Of a stretch of 64,000 bases of DNA, positions 62,801-64,000 are shown in pieces. The translations under genes were made by a program, and so were the position numbers. Positions within the stretch are counted from its first letter, which is position 1; every line of letters begins with the position of its first letter. The notes below the pieces were generated by a model that was given only the letters and a program-made list of their open reading frames with translations, was not told the DNA's origin and made no database searches. This DNA is from a bacterium (GTDB taxonomy: Bacteria > Hinthialibacterota > Hinthialibacteria > Hinthialibacterales > Hinthialibacteraceae), in contig CAXXMV010000004.1 in NCBI GenBank assembly GCA_963662285.2, positions 32,001 to 96,000 of the forward strand, given 5' to 3'.

Positions 62801-62992
62801 ACCAATCAGGAAGAATCGATCTTCCCAACCGAAATCTTTTTCAATGAATTGTTCGTAATCGTCTGGTGCAAGGGCATATTCAGCGCTGCTGTTATCCGCT
62901 GTGCCAATTTGCCAGATGGTTTCGCCCCGGGCGTTATATGGATGCGAAAAAATGCAGCCCAGGATGATTAGAATTAGTAATTGGTTTTTCAT
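59855..62992 (-). CDS. GH92 alpha-1,2-mannosidase family protein
   Basis: Signal peptide; PFSMVKLSPD, EGNAWQ, GDEDQGQMSAW. Confidence 0.93.
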   Translation of the reverse strand: MKNQLLILIILGCIFSHPYNARGETIWQIGTADNSSAEYALAPDDYEQFIEKDFGWEDRFFLIGYSSEKEDWPYVLPGPSDKWGGTWGTSGWRSHTLTILFDIEEQPSKGDWTLVVDLHDIHPEDAPILKINFNGKSWKFELPKGSGNKTLEDELAEGQEHLIKIPLPEKLIRRGGNAVSMTSIQGSWLMFDQIRLEGPADAKLRKNGPVFLRDVNAAHYEIKSENGNAQPLLIDLEHLSGTPELKALLDNEEIFTTTIETGRYVFEAPMPAVSSPKESKYTILIDGKAIQSGKVDRSPQKIITLAEYADTKMGTAHSRWMIAPGPWMPFSMVKLSPDNQNSGWQAGYDPIFETIGGFSHIHEWTMGGLSIMPTNGKLIITVGDEKKPDTGYRSRLNKETEEAPIGYYKAELTDYDITAELTATTRAGFHRYTFPTDREESRILLDLQNPAEYSYKLEEVFIQKISDTRVEGYSKQLSPNTWSGGISQEYTVHFVVEFDHPIKKHGVWTEDGIQKNKALLKTGKCSDAGAWFEFDTANNNIVQLRTAISYVSIDNASENLEAEISKTFGWNFNAVRQNSLNTWNELFNRLTISTNDRREKMRFYSNMYRALCSRNTFSDVNGEWVDADEQVRQMSDPQSPALGCDAFWNTFWNLNQFWNLVTPEWSNRWVNSQLAMYDAGGWLAKGPAGMEYIPVMVAEHEIPLIVSAHQMGINGFNAEKAFEAVKKMQTTPGQIVGGGYAGNRNLEAYLKHKYVPYDKGRFSNSLEYSFDDWTVGQFAKSLGKEKDYKTFSERGYYWKNVIDAESGYARMKDSNGDWLPDFDPYKSGANEHYVEGNAWQLTFFVPQDVPALAEIIGKDRFVERLDWGFGESDKTRFNGKNDQYWNYPVIQGNQQSMHFAFLFNWVEKPWLTQKWSRAIINRYYGYGLSNAYLGDEDQGQMSAWFIMASLGLFQTDGGCRVDPIYEIGSPIYQKVTIDLGEQFNRGKTFTIEAKNASRKNIYIQSATLNGETLSTFQFPARELLKGGNLILEMGSKPNKNWGKLQ

Positions 62993-63315
62993 TTATTTAG
63001 TATCCATTCAACTAATAGGGAATTAACTTCTACACCCGTATAGAGTGATTAAAAGTCTTTTAAATATTTCGTTACCGTCTTATTACATATAATTGCCGCG
63101 ATACGGTCATAGTAAAAACAGAATGTCAGTAAAATAGTATCTTATACTAATCTTGATAAGATATATCTAACAGTCCAATTATTGCAAATATTTAACCTTT
63201 TCCCTCTTATAATAAGAGTGGCGGCGGCGGCCAGAATCGTTGGGGCTTATATCCTGTGATGCTATGATGAATAGCATCGTGTGAAGGAATCTCATCTGCT
63301 TGGGGTAATTGCATA

Positions 63316-64000
63316 ATGCGCGTCACTGGAACATATAGTCTCAGAAAATTTTGGATCACAGGCGTCTTGGCGTTTGTCATGGCGCTTCTCAATGCCTCCG
63401 TACTGTGCGCTGCAACGCCGCGTATCGGATTCCTGGCCGCTGAGCCATCGCTGGATGAAATGGGACCTCACAATCTAGCCGCCTGGCGGATTGCAACGGA
63501 GTTTGGACAGGCGACGCTTCTCCTAAGGCAGAAAGACGGCGCCTTTGCTGATTCAGAAGGCCGTGCTCTCGATGCGAATGATTTCGACGTTCTCTGGTAC
63601 CATCAGGGCGACGCTATTGAGCGCAACGCCATGTATTACGGGCCAAGCCTGAAAGAGATTCGCCAGTTTGCAGCGCAGGGCCGGGGCGTACTGCTCTCCG
63701 GCGGAGCACTGGCCATGGTCGCGCAACTTGGTCTCGAAGGGGTGATGCGTCCGCAGCGTCATGAACTGGGCAACTGGCGTGACCCGGCTGGCATGGTTCC
63801 GGTAGAGAAAAAGCATCCCGCTTTCCACGGCTTGCCGAACAGCGAAGACATAATCTGGTTGAGCCAAGGGGGTTGTCCAGCCGTCGCTGATTTCTATTGG
63901 GGCGGCCCCGTAGAAGGCATGATTCTGGCTAAGACGCCCTCAGGGCCGGAAAATCCTCTCGTCGAATATAGATTGGGCCAAGGACGCATAATTGTTTTTG
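63316..64000 (+). CDS. Secreted protein, partial (runs off the window); GATase-like/DUF4960-like N-terminal domain
   Basis: Frame from ATG 63316 is open to the end of the window: MRVTGTYSLRKFWITGVLAFVM...FDVLWYHQGD...GRGVLLSG...HPAFHGL; absent from the ORF track. Confidence 0.75.
   Translation, partial: MRVTGTYSLRKFWITGVLAFVMALLNASVLCAATPRIGFLAAEPSLDEMGPHNLAAWRIATEFGQATLLLRQKDGAFADSEGRALDANDFDVLWYHQGDAIERNAMYYGPSLKEIRQFAAQGRGVLLSGGALAMVAQLGLEGVMRPQRHELGNWRDPAGMVPVEKKHPAFHGLPNSEDIIWLSQGGCPAVADFYWGGPVEGMILAKTPSGPENPLVEYRLGQGRIIVF

Overview
64 kb of chromosome from a flagellated, diderm, carbohydrate-degrading bacterium. The gene style (orphan GspG-like prepilin, Tat-exported Gfo/Idh/MocA and TIM-barrel proteins, secreted proteins ending V-x-x-W-x-x-Y) suggests an uncultured lineage such as Hinthialibacterota/OLB16 or Sumerlaeota; this taxonomic call is inference. 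Housekeeping and metabolic genes: fliC 3' end, purM, a BMP-type nucleoside ABC transporter, lepA, fliK, GH4 melA, GH92 and tRNA-Pro(GGG). Accessory content: two beta-propeller sensor kinases, parDE, an orphan vapC, an intact ISKra4 with a 9-bp target duplication, and a decayed island at tRNA-Pro. The most notable signals are four. (1) Four secreted proteins of at least three different folds share a short C-terminal motif, a candidate undescribed sorting or anchoring signal. (2) A SEFIR-NB-ARC-TPR (NLR-like) gene has 126-bp repeats that are shuffled and hypervariable at specific codons, and is bracketed by ~110-bp direct repeats. (3) More than 30 REP-like palindromes of five families occur in composite clusters. 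(4) A ~114-bp MITE-like element is present in three copies. All calls were made by eye from the sequence and ORF track; no database searches were run.
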